This document shows, piece after piece, positions 19,669 through 29,192 of a DNA stretch of 64,000 nt. The stretch is taken from IMG/VR virus record IMGVR_UViG_3300020047_005985, positions 1 through 64,000 of that record. One strand, 5' to 3'. Numbering within the stretch: the first letter of the stretch is position 1; the number at the start of each line of letters is the position of its first letter. The notes beneath the pieces were generated by a model that was not told the origin of the DNA, ran no database searches, and saw nothing but the letters and a program-made list of their open reading frames with translations. The position numbers and the translations under genes are program-made. Origin of the DNA: a virus. Taxonomy: Duplodnaviria; Caudoviricetes.

Positions 19669-20516
19669 TACCAGCTTGGATTAGAAGTTGGATTAGAAGG
19701 AATTGCATTTACGCAATCTTCTTTTTTATACTCTTGATATTTGTATGTAAAGAATCCTTTTACAATAGGATAAGCTTGAGTTTGACCAAGTTGAACTTCT
19801 AAAGACTTTTCATACAAAGTCTTAAGTTTATTTACCACATAATCATTTACCTCACCAGAAAACCAGGTTTCAGGACGAGTACATACTTCTTGGTATGTTT
19901 TAATCACTTCATTTCCACTACCATCAACTCCAGTATTTTCGTTAATAGTCATAAGCATAATAATATGTTTATCATTATCAGCAGCCCATTTACCAGTATT
20001 ATTCATACCAGTATAACTAGCATTATATAATGATTGAACATCAGCTTTATTAGCAACCATTTGCTCATACAGATTATCACCTGACTTATAATCAAAATTA
20101 ATCAAACGAGCAACAAAAGAAATCAATTCCTCTTCACCAATTACTAATGGTTTGTGGTTTGCAAACTCTGGTTTAGTTTCTGTAGAACCTGAAGCTTTAG
20201 CCCAAGTAATACTTCCGTTAGAAGTACATACTTGATAGTTACCATTCTTAGTAACTTTTGGATCTTTACCCACCTCTAAACGGTATCTTACTACATCTCC
20301 ATGTGTATTCTTTAACCAGAAATTCAATGGACGAACCATGAAATCAGTATCATAATACTTGCGAAGATCATAATTTGGTTCTTGAACTTCTTCTCGTCCA
20401 GTCCATTCTTTAATTTGATCTGCTGTTGGATTTACTCCCAACAGTTGAAAAGATGCTAAACCTGTGTGGTAAAATGAGCCACCTGCGGCGTTTCCTGTTT
20501 TTGTTCCTGAGTACAT
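19668..20516 (-). CDS. Replication-module protein, putative ssDNA-binding protein
   Basis: HTGLASFQLLGVNPT N-terminus; position between AAA ATPase and primase; tail ending in W. Confidence 0.5.
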   Translation of the reverse strand: MYSGTKTGNAAGGSFYHTGLASFQLLGVNPTADQIKEWTGREEVQEPNYDLRKYYDTDFMVRPLNFWLKNTHGDVVRYRLEVGKDPKVTKNGNYQVCTSNGSITWAKASGSTETKPEFANHKPLVIGEEELISFVARLINFDYKSGDNLYEQMVANKADVQSLYNASYTGMNNTGKWAADNDKHIIMLMTINENTGVDGSGNEVIKTYQEVCTRPETWFSGEVNDYVVNKLKTLYEKSLEVQLGQTQAYPIVKGFFTYKYQEYKKEDCVNAIPSNPTSNPSW

Positions 20517-20806
20517 TAATCTTTAAAGTTTAAGGTTGTTGATGTTGTGTAAGATGGATTTAACATTGGAGTACCTGTATCTATGCCTGAAGCATATGTA
20601 GGCCCCCAAGGATTCCAGTATGGATTTTTTTGTATTTCTTTTTCTACAATAATTTCTTTATATTGAATTGTGGGAACAAATGGAATAAAACTCCAATTCT
20701 CCCAATCTTCTGCGAACCAAGACATTAAATAATTGAATATTGTAGCTACTTTAGCTTGACCTTCAATTGCAATTGTTTTATCGTCAATATTAATGTGTAG
20801 TTTCAA
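20516..20806 (-). CDS. Hypothetical protein
   Basis: ORF in operon. Confidence 0.5.
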   Translation of the reverse strand: MKLHINIDDKTIAIEGQAKVATIFNYLMSWFAEDWENWSFIPFVPTIQYKEIIVEKEIQKNPYWNPWGPTYASGIDTGTPMLNPSYTTSTTLNFKD

Positions 20807-21185
20807 GATATTTTTCTTTTAATGATTTAATTAATTGATCCATATCCGCAGCTTCTATTGTTCCTATGATAAGATCTTCTTTTACTTTATCTAAAGAAAG
20901 AATTGGAACCAATTTATCTTTAATACGTCCTTTTACAATTTGTTCAACGCCATAACTATTACCATTAGTATCAAAAGTGTAATGCCCATATGTAATTTTA
21001 CCAGTTGCTATAAAAGGTAACTTTTTAAGCGTATCTTCTAATGTTGTTAATTGTGATTTGATAGTGCTTACAACAATAAGTTCTTCCGCAGCATATACCA
21101 CACGATTAATCTTGTTAATCTCATCATTAACTTCTCTCGTAATCTTATTAGCAATAGCTGTCAATTGTTGACTTGTTAATTTCAT
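20790..21185 (-). CDS. Hypothetical protein
   Basis: ORF in operon. Confidence 0.5.
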   Translation of the reverse strand: MKLTSQQLTAIANKITREVNDEINKINRVVYAAEELIVVSTIKSQLTTLEDTLKKLPFIATGKITYGHYTFDTNGNSYGVEQIVKGRIKDKLVPILSLDKVKEDLIIGTIEAADMDQLIKSLKEKYLETTH

Positions 21186-22806
21186 CCTAAATTGTATTTA
21201 TCAATTGTTTCAGACACAAGTCCTAAATCATTGGAAACATACAAATCTTTAAACATTCCAAATGGAGATTTTGCTGGAAACTCACCATCATTATTTGTAA
21301 CAAAATTATATTTAACTTTATTATCTGCGCCTCTTTCTACTTTAGTATAAAGAACTACTGTAAACAATCCTTCCAATGTTAAATGGTCATCGCATGACCC
21401 TAATGATATATTTTCTTGCAGAATAATTACTTCTGTATATCATCCTTAATATTTCTATCAAGATTCGACTATATCTTTACCAAAATATATCTTTTCTTAA
21501 CAATAGAATCTTTATTAAGATTTCTTCTCACTGTCATTTCACCCATTTTAAACATTGCTTTTACCTCTTTTACTGTATTACAGACAGTTTCTTCTTTAGA
21601 AATAATATCTTTTACTAGAATCTTGAATTTAGTATAGATTTTACCAGTATTTTTAACCGATATTTTATCTCTATGATCTTGAGTAACAATCCTGCCTTTT
21701 AAAGCAATACTTCTTTTTAACAATGTTTCCTTACTAGGTTTAATTCCAATCTTTTTCAATCTTACTCTTTCTATTGTTTCGATACTATGTTTAAAACCAA
21801 ATGTTCCTTCTCCTCCTAAAGTAGCATTTATTAATCTTGGATAAAGTGAAATATAATATCTTTCCTTTTCTTGCCAATTTTCTAATGTTACTTCGTCTAT
21901 AGATTCAATTATAGGTTTCATATTTAATTTCAAAATACTTAATATCCAGCTACATAAATGTTTGTTATGTCCTGTATATTTAGCGTTATCAATATGTCCT
22001 TGTAATCTACGTTTTAAGGTACGAGAAGTCATTCCAACATATCTTACTTCAAGAGTTATTGGATGTTTCAAACAGTATATTTGTATTTTGGTATCTACCG
22101 TTTCCATTTAAGGTAATTAATTTTAAATGTACTCCCTCACAACAAGGGATAGTCTGTGAACTTTATTCTTTGTATAGCAAAAATCATGCTAACTTTAGAA
22201 TCTTAGCTGCTGATTGCCCAATATTAGTTATTTTTATAACATTCACGTTTGTCTTTTCAAACTACGTTGTAGTTAACTAATCTCTAAGGGTGTTCCAGCA
22301 ATTAGATAGATAATGGCCGATTAACCAACCATCTTACCTACAGTTTTCATCTTCATCTTTCCAGTATTATCTTTTTCTGGATGCCAGAGAAAATATACTT
22401 TTAGATCTGAACGAGCTATTCTACTTGCTTCTACTACTTTTGCAATATTAACTCCAATGTCTGCAAATTTACCATAACCTGTTTCCTTTGCTCGTCTCAT
22501 AAACTCAAATCCCATAATAAATTGAGCATCGTCTATTACGATGTTTTTAATTTCTTTACGAGATTCTGAAATATATCCAATTGCCTTTGCAATTTTATCT
22601 GCTTCAGAAGCAGCAAAATAATTTCCATCTTCAGGATTAGTTCCCTTATATAATGTTTTCCATCCTCTAAATGGTAAATCTTTACCACCTACATTAATAA
22701 CAAATGTTTCTTTAGGATCTAATCCTTTAATACCTAACTCTGGAATCTGACCATAACTGGTAGATTTTCCTTCTCCTGAATTTCCTACTACTGCTATACT
22801 TGGCAT
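21182..22806 (-). CDS. AAA ATPase (Sak4/AAA_24-like), split by a group I intron; exons 22806-22328 and 21392-21182, 229 aa spliced
   Basis: GNSGEGKST, VIDDAQF; the splice ATG GT|C GAT GAC CAT restores KTVGKMVDDHLTLEGLFTVVL. Confidence 0.88.
21393..22327 (-). mobile_element. Group I intron (935 nt) with the HEG in the P8 loop
   Basis: P1 ATGGT/GCCAT with U-G; AATTGCTGGAA, AATCAGCAGC, CAGACTA, AAGATATAGTC cores; GAAA-capped P9; terminal G. Confidence 0.92.
21469..22107 (-). CDS. Intron-encoded GIY-YIG homing endonuclease (NUMOD3)
   Basis: IYCLKHP..VRYVGMT..RRL..H, NATLGGEG, KHSIET. Confidence 0.88.
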   Translation of the reverse strand: METVDTKIQIYCLKHPITLEVRYVGMTSRTLKRRLQGHIDNAKYTGHNKHLCSWILSILKLNMKPIIESIDEVTLENWQEKERYYISLYPRLINATLGGEGTFGFKHSIETIERVRLKKIGIKPSKETLLKRSIALKGRIVTQDHRDKISVKNTGKIYTKFKILVKDIISKEETVCNTVKEVKAMFKMGEMTVRRNLNKDSIVKKRYILVKI

Positions 22807-22844
22807 TATACTATTTCTTCTGTTTCTACTGGTAACTCGGTGTT

Positions 22845-23057
22845 TTAATCTACAATAGTAAACCAAGATTTTTTAATTGTATTTGGTTTACGTGGACGAT
22901 TTCTCAAATTGTGTCCATTAGCTTTGAATAACTCTTGTAACATTGCTGGTGTTACTTCTACTTCTCTAGTAGAAAGTTCTGTTGATAAGTCTTCATAAGA
23001 TTTCCATGTAGGAATTCCAAAAAACATATCACTAATTTGTTGTTTTGTAAAATTCAT
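22845..23057 (-). CDS. Hypothetical protein
   Basis: 70-aa ORF between helicase and ATPase. Confidence 0.5.
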   Translation of the reverse strand: MNFTKQQISDMFFGIPTWKSYEDLSTELSTREVEVTPAMLQELFKANGHNLRNRPRKPNTIKKSWFTIVD

Positions 23058-23062
23058 TATAT

Positions 23063-24094
23063 TTAATTTAATTGTTTACTTTTTAAGAAATCTGCAATTT
23101 CTTGTTTTTTATCTGGACTTGGCAACTCTTCAAACTTATTTCCAATACCTTCAAACCACATTGCTTTCTGTATTTCTGGTTCACCATTCCTATGTTTAAT
23201 TAAAGATAAAGATCTAAAATTCTTTCCAAAATCTCTAATATTATAACCAGAATAACTACCTAATCCATACTTAGCTGGATTAAATAATCCTAATGTTACC
23301 ATATAATCTCTCCCGATAATTTTATTATCACCTAATTTAGCTTCACTAGGTTCCAATCTATTTAATTTGAAATTATCATTATTCTCACCAGCCATCTCCT
23401 GCTGATGTACATTGACAACTATACAATTATATCGTTTACATACTAGTTTCACTACATATTCTGACCATTTTGAAATAGCTAAATGTAAAGTATTTACTAA
23501 TGCAAACTTATTAGCTTCTGGTGATAATAAACCCAAGTGATCTCCAATGACAACTGCATGAAAATCAGGATTATGATACTTAAATGTTTTATGGACAATC
23601 ACATTTCCCTGTTCATCTGTAATAGGTTCGCTTTTTACAAGTTCACCAAATGGTTTTAATTCCTCTTCAATAGTTCTTAATAAACCAGTTGGATTACTAA
23701 CATCATCATATACCTTTATATACTTTTGCATATCGTAAATCTCTGGCATTATCTTCTCAACTTCAGCATAATCTTCAGCTTCCATTCCTTCATGAAAACC
23801 TTTATATTGGTAATAAGTAAATTTCTTACCTGTTCTTTCGTTTAACTTTCCTAAGATGATAGTTGACCAAAAGAAATCTACAGATTCTTCTAATGCAAAA
23901 TAAATTACAATAAAAGGAATATTATTAGCTTTACAATACTTATATGTCCATTCCGCAAAACAGTATCGTGCAAATTTAGATTTTCCTGTTGCTGTTGCTC
24001 CAGTAATACAATAATATGTACCTCTAATCCACCCTGGAATAATTTGATATAAATCAGGAAACAAACCTTCTATGCTTATAAACTTAGGTGTCAT
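23063..24094 (-). CDS. Replicative DnaB-like (SF4) helicase
   Basis: GATATGKS, YFALEE, VIGDHLGLL, VHQQ, IKHRNG. Confidence 0.85.
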   Translation of the reverse strand: MTPKFISIEGLFPDLYQIIPGWIRGTYYCITGATATGKSKFARYCFAEWTYKYCKANNIPFIVIYFALEESVDFFWSTIILGKLNERTGKKFTYYQYKGFHEGMEAEDYAEVEKIMPEIYDMQKYIKVYDDVSNPTGLLRTIEEELKPFGELVKSEPITDEQGNVIVHKTFKYHNPDFHAVVIGDHLGLLSPEANKFALVNTLHLAISKWSEYVVKLVCKRYNCIVVNVHQQEMAGENNDNFKLNRLEPSEAKLGDNKIIGRDYMVTLGLFNPAKYGLGSYSGYNIRDFGKNFRSLSLIKHRNGEPEIQKAMWFEGIGNKFEELPSPDKKQEIADFLKSKQLN

Positions 24095-24648
24095 ATCACT
24101 TTATAAGTTTGTTTATTAGAATGACTATCCATCTCTAATTCTTCAATTGCTAATTTTAATAAGCTTACCTCTTGACCAGCTCTATCTATTTTAGAAATAA
24201 AATTATCTGCATTAGATACAATTTGAAAGTCAGTATTATTAATATATGCTTTAGTAGCTTCTAAAACAGTATCAAATGATACTTGATTCTGTAAACAAAA
24301 TTGAACTAATAACTCAATAACTTTTTGCTTTACTCCAATACTACCTGTTCTTACACCTTTAAATAAAGACCGATATTCATCAATCCTGTCTCTAACTTCC
24401 TGTTCAATACTTAAATCAATATCAGGTAGTTCTACAATATCTCCTTCATAAATACCAACAATAGGAATGATTTTATTTGTTAGAAGATTAAGCTGAATTA
24501 ACTTATTTTTTTCCATAAATTGAAAAGCTTCTTCAGAACATCTAACTTCTAAATCATGTCTTCTTGCTATCAAATAAAGTAAGACTTCATTCCAAGAAGA
24601 AGTCTTACTTTGTACAAAATTCACTAATTTACTATTTAACTCCATCAC
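24091..24648 (-). CDS. Hypothetical replication-associated protein
   Basis: 185-aa ORF coupled to the helicase. Confidence 0.55.
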   Translation of the reverse strand: MMELNSKLVNFVQSKTSSWNEVLLYLIARRHDLEVRCSEEAFQFMEKNKLIQLNLLTNKIIPIVGIYEGDIVELPDIDLSIEQEVRDRIDEYRSLFKGVRTGSIGVKQKVIELLVQFCLQNQVSFDTVLEATKAYINNTDFQIVSNADNFISKIDRAGQEVSLLKLAIEELEMDSHSNKQTYKVI

Positions 24649-24943
24649 TTTTCTCTGTAAAGAATTTTAAAGTTTCGTCTTTAATATTCTCTGATTTTAT
24701 ACTATCCTTAAGTTTAGTCTCTGTTTCCTCTTTTGTAGGATAATCTGATAAATTTGACATACCTGCTAATTTCCTATCAACAAAGTCTTTAAAATATTTT
24801 TGTTTTTGTTCGTCATTCATAATCCGATTTTAAAATGTTTACCCAATAGTCTGCATCTAATTCTTCTAACTGTTCACGAGTTAATAAATTTTCCCAATAG
24901 CAACAAGCTGTGATTTCTTCAAATAATATTTCTTGTTCCATAG

Positions 24944-25330
24944 CTACCAAGATGACGTATAAATTAAAGATTCTTTATCCCAATTAATATAGTTAAGTAA
25001 ATAATTCAGTTCTGTAATTGAATCCTTAACTTTTTCCCAATAGGATTCATCATAATCTGTATTACCAAAGAAAAACCCTGGTCTCGTTGGAAGAAGTTCG
25101 TGACAATTTTCAGGAGTTAAGCTTTTTAATAATTTACAAAGAGTATTAAATTGATCTTCCGAAACAAAATACGTTCCACAATCATCTACTCCATTTTGTA
25201 CATTATTAACAAACCAGTTGTGAAGAGCATTAAACTTTCTCCAATAAGCAGCTTCAAATAAATCTTCATAATCTACTTCTGATACATCCTGCACTTTTTT
25301 AGTGCGATAAAGATTCATATCTAATCCCAT
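24944..25330 (-). CDS. Conserved phage protein
   Basis: MGLDMNL, YWRKFNALHNWF..NVQNGVDDC, LLPT..GFFFG..YD, Y.SSW. Confidence 0.65.
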   Translation of the reverse strand: MGLDMNLYRTKKVQDVSEVDYEDLFEAAYWRKFNALHNWFVNNVQNGVDDCGTYFVSEDQFNTLCKLLKSLTPENCHELLPTRPGFFFGNTDYDESYWEKVKDSITELNYLLNYINWDKESLIYTSSW

Positions 25331-25459
25331 TTTTCTATTAACCAAGTTTTTGTATAAGTTAGACTTTCTGGATCTCCCCAATCCACGAAGAGAATATCAT
25401 TATTGTAATGAGTATTTACTCCATAAATGCTTAACTCATCTTCTATTTGTAATGAAAAT

Positions 25460-25924
25460 TCATAAGCTTGGAGTAAAGGTATTAATTCTAGTGTTTCCAT
25501 TATAATATTCTATAAATTTAATGCAACAGTGCCACACAGCTTCAATTTTAGATTTTCCTTGCTGCTTAGTTATAATTATAGGTATGTCCCAATCCAATAA
25601 AAGATAAACATAACAATTGTTATTACTTGTTTCAACGGAGTATCGCACAAAATTTGCTATTGGTTCATTAATCCCTTCAATCTTTTCCACAACAGGCATT
25701 AACCAATCCCAAGATTCATGATAACTACTATCGAAATGAATATGATGTTCAATAAAATCTTTATTGTTTGCTGAAGCATGATTACTTAACCCTCTATATG
25801 GCGACCAATGATTACCATGCCAACGACCTTCTTTTAATTCAATAGTAGCACCCATAAAACTAGCTATTAACTTATTACCTTCTTCAATTGTCATATATAA
25901 ATGTTTTTGCAGATTCATCATCAA
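25460..25924 (-). CDS. Hypothetical phage protein
   Basis: NKLIASFMG, YHESWDWLMPVVEKIE family motif. Confidence 0.6.
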   Translation of the reverse strand: MMMNLQKHLYMTIEEGNKLIASFMGATIELKEGRWHGNHWSPYRGLSNHASANNKDFIEHHIHFDSSYHESWDWLMPVVEKIEGINEPIANFVRYSVETSNNNCYVYLLLDWDIPIIITKQQGKSKIEAVWHCCIKFIEYYNGNTRINTFTPSL

Positions 25925-26204
25925 AATAAGGATGTGCTGTCCTAAATAACTCTATGGCTTCTTTCATAGAGCCTCTGTATCCGAGTACAGTTTTATCATC
26001 TAAATCCATAACCCTAAACCTATTAACAGGAGCAGCCTCTTTTATCTTTTCAAAATGTTCATCTGAGCGTGTTGAAGTAAACGCTATTTCATGTAGTCTG
26101 GTTAAATCCGTAACTGAAAAAGTAAAACGTCTTGTAATCAGATTATCAAAGTAATCAAGAACTTCTGGATCAAGTTGCTTTAAAGTAATCCTTGAAATTG
26201 CCAT
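25884..26204 (-). CDS. Hypothetical protein
   Basis: ORF in operon. Confidence 0.5.
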   Translation of the reverse strand: MAISRITLKQLDPEVLDYFDNLITRRFTFSVTDLTRLHEIAFTSTRSDEHFEKIKEAAPVNRFRVMDLDDKTVLGYRGSMKEAIELFRTAHPYFDDESAKTFIYDN

Positions 26205-26237
26205 TATATTTTACACTTAGTTTTTTTTTAAAATTGA

Positions 26238-27530
26238 TTATTCTATAATCTCTTCTCCGGTATCTAATTGCTTACTTTCCCATTCTAAAAACCTTTTAGA
26301 TTTAAGTTTATAGGCAATTTTACTAGTAGATTCATTTCTAATGCAAATACCTTCAGCAGGAACGCTATGAGTGCAGTATCGACAATCTTTTTCTAAGTAC
26401 ATGTCTTTCAGAATTTGCAATAATTCCACTGAATCAAATTCTCCTTTAGAAGATTGATTTATAAAATCTCCAATTTTACCATAATACAATTCTGGCACGT
26501 GATTTAAATTATATTCTTCGCAAAACAATTTAATATCGTTCCAAGACCATTCAAGTAATCCGTATGGTTCTTGTGAAGTAATTCTATAAATCAAAAACTT
26601 ATATTGTCCAGGTAAACAACCATAACCATATCCTTTTTGAATCATTTTCTCTCCAGTATAACCTACTATCTCACCATAGATCGTATAACCTTCAAACAAA
26701 CAGGGCTTTACATCCTCGAATACTTTACCCCAAATATCAGAATTATAAAATCCTTGTTCTTTAGTATGATATCTATCTTCAACATGTTTAATTACTGTTC
26801 TAGAAGAATACATTTTTTTATACTCTTCTGTAGAAACATTGGATCCAAAAAACATTTTAATCTTTTCCCAAATAGATAATTTTCTTTTAGTTAAAAGATT
26901 GGAAAATACTGCTGAAGTACCATGCCATTTATCCGTAATTACAATAGTGTTTTCTGGATTATTAAATCTCCAGACATTATCTTGTAATTTAGAAGTAGAA
27001 TAATGAAAGTTAAATTGACCAGGAATTAAAATATCTGAAATTTTTGGGCCTTTAGGTTTACCTTGTCCTTGACCAGATCTTACTTCTTTAATTTCAGGAA
27101 CATATTTATTACAAATAACTATTCCGTCTAAAGTATCGAATTTTTCGTCTATACAATATGCACATCGTTCTTCAGGAACATCTAAAGCAATACAAACATC
27201 TTTTAAAGGTAATAAAATACCATCTGAAATCATACCTCTTAACTTAACAGCTTTCACACGTCTTGATTTAGAGATATAACCTACTTTAGTTTGATCTTCA
27301 TTTAACTCTCTGTCTTGATACATATTCATCTTAGATAAGATTTTATGATGTATCTGACACTCTACTGGAAAAAATATTTTAATATCTCCTTCTTTAGAAG
27401 ACATATCTGTAATAACATCATACCCGTTTACATTCCAAATCTGAAGTCTATCAGCATTTGGATGTTGTTTAGATTTTTCAAGTTTGACAATTTGAGCTAG
27501 GTAATTACTTTCTGTGGTTACGCTGAACAT
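26238..27530 (-). CDS. RNA ligase (Rnl2/DRB0094-like) with N-terminal OB-fold
   Basis: HPNADRL, VKLRG.ISDG, TDKWHGTS (motif I), YGEIVG, EGICIR, YKLKS. Confidence 0.88.
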   Translation of the reverse strand: MFSVTTESNYLAQIVKLEKSKQHPNADRLQIWNVNGYDVITDMSSKEGDIKIFFPVECQIHHKILSKMNMYQDRELNEDQTKVGYISKSRRVKAVKLRGMISDGILLPLKDVCIALDVPEERCAYCIDEKFDTLDGIVICNKYVPEIKEVRSGQGQGKPKGPKISDILIPGQFNFHYSTSKLQDNVWRFNNPENTIVITDKWHGTSAVFSNLLTKRKLSIWEKIKMFFGSNVSTEEYKKMYSSRTVIKHVEDRYHTKEQGFYNSDIWGKVFEDVKPCLFEGYTIYGEIVGYTGEKMIQKGYGYGCLPGQYKFLIYRITSQEPYGLLEWSWNDIKLFCEEYNLNHVPELYYGKIGDFINQSSKGEFDSVELLQILKDMYLEKDCRYCTHSVPAEGICIRNESTSKIAYKLKSKRFLEWESKQLDTGEEIIE

Positions 27531-27606
27531 CCTTTAAAAATTAAAAATCCTAATGCTAATAAAAATATCACTATTCCAGCAATATTCTGTAATCTATCTT
27601 TTGTTT

Positions 27607-28815
27607 TCATTGTATTGACTTATAATAATTATAAACTTCTTGCCATTCTGATATCAATGTATCTTTTTTACACCCTACATCAATTTTAGTTATTTTAGTA
27701 GTATATCGGCCTTTATTATGTAATAAATAATAGTCGAAATCATCAATAAGATCAACAAATCCATTCTTTAAATCAAGATAAACATCATCTTTTCGATAAT
27801 AAATTCCTGATTTACTAACTTCTAATTCAAAATCTCCTGAAGAAGAAGTCATTTTAAATATTTTAGCTTTGTTTTGAAAAAACTCTACTTCTTCTGGTGT
27901 AGCACGTCTTATAGTATTAAAGCTACCATTTCCTTCACAAATACCAAAATTACTCCCAATTATTTTCCAACTAGACATTTTATTTGGAGCAGAATAAACT
28001 CCTACATAGTTAAGAACTCCTATAGTTCCATGAACTATATCTCCAACTTTAAATTCATTTAAATCTTTCCAGATCTTCATATTAAATTTCATTAAATCCA
28101 AAGCCTCTTCCCAATCTTGAGGAAGATTGAAAGTTATTGAATTTTCAAAATTATAGTTAACTTGTTTTGCTTTATTTACTGCAACAATTATTTCAAAGTT
28201 ATCAGGTTCAGATAAAATTCTTTTATAATCATTACCATTTAACTTAATTCTATCAGAGTTTTCTGTAACAAGACATAGATCCGATGTTCTATAACCAAAT
28301 TCTTTACAGTCTTCAACAAAAGCTTTCAAATGATGAGGTCTTCCATTTATAATAGGACACTTTATTTCTTGTTTCATATTTTGTTTTTTTAAAACTAATT
28401 TCTTAAAATCATCAAGTGTAATTTCAGTATAATCGTTTACTATGTTCAAGCATGTTGTATAACTACCCTTATAACATGGAAAATGATAATAAATACCAGA
28501 TATAGTAGTATAATACATGGGTCTTTCTCCATATCTATTTGCATATTCAACTAGCTCAATATTTTCTTCAGGATTATTAGATGCTTTAACACACCATTTA
28601 TTTGGTAATAATCCTAACACATGGTATTTAAATTGATCTGTTGTTATTTCTGGATATGTATAGCTATGTGTTTCATTTAATCCATAGCCATCTTGTACAA
28701 CATAATCATGCCTAATTTCTTTTTTTATAAAATCTGATTTAAGAGTATTCCTCCAATTATTTATAAGCTTTCTATTTTCTGAAGTTACTTTTAACTTCCA
28801 TTTTGTTGGTATCAT
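27607..28815 (-). CDS. Hypothetical protein with internal repeat
   Basis: PTKW...EITTDQFKYHVL repeated as PNKW...EITLDDFKKLVL. Confidence 0.6.
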   Translation of the reverse strand: MIPTKWKLKVTSENRKLINNWRNTLKSDFIKKEIRHDYVVQDGYGLNETHSYTYPEITTDQFKYHVLGLLPNKWCVKASNNPEENIELVEYANRYGERPMYYTTISGIYYHFPCYKGSYTTCLNIVNDYTEITLDDFKKLVLKKQNMKQEIKCPIINGRPHHLKAFVEDCKEFGYRTSDLCLVTENSDRIKLNGNDYKRILSEPDNFEIIVAVNKAKQVNYNFENSITFNLPQDWEEALDLMKFNMKIWKDLNEFKVGDIVHGTIGVLNYVGVYSAPNKMSSWKIIGSNFGICEGNGSFNTIRRATPEEVEFFQNKAKIFKMTSSSGDFELEVSKSGIYYRKDDVYLDLKNGFVDLIDDFDYYLLHNKGRYTTKITKIDVGCKKDTLISEWQEVYNYYKSIQ

Positions 28816-29192
28816 TGTAATTTATTTAAAAGTTCTGGATTTTCATGGATATTTCCTAAAATTTCAATACTATCATACTGATCAAACGAATAATGAATTT
28901 CGTTTTTAGTTACCAAGTTAAAACTTCCAAATCCAAATTTAATTATTCCTGTTATATCTATTTCAGTATAACCTTGGTATTGTTCTCCACCTCTTATTCT
29001 ACAAGCATCCCATTCATAAATCTCTTTACCGTTTTTATCTAATATTCCAGTAAATTGATGTGAAGAACATCTTCTATAATCAGAATGAGGAGTTATAAAT
29101 TCATTCTGTTCTCCAATAAACCCCCAATAAAACCATTCTTTAAAAGATCCATCTTTATTTAGAATAGGTTGTTTAAATTTTATCTTTCTCAT
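28812..29192 (-). CDS. YopX family protein
   Basis: MRKIKFK, QFTGILDKNGKEIYEWD, EILGNIHENPELL. Confidence 0.9.
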   Translation of the reverse strand: MRKIKFKQPILNKDGSFKEWFYWGFIGEQNEFITPHSDYRRCSSHQFTGILDKNGKEIYEWDACRIRGGEQYQGYTEIDITGIIKFGFGSFNLVTKNEIHYSFDQYDSIEILGNIHENPELLNKLQ

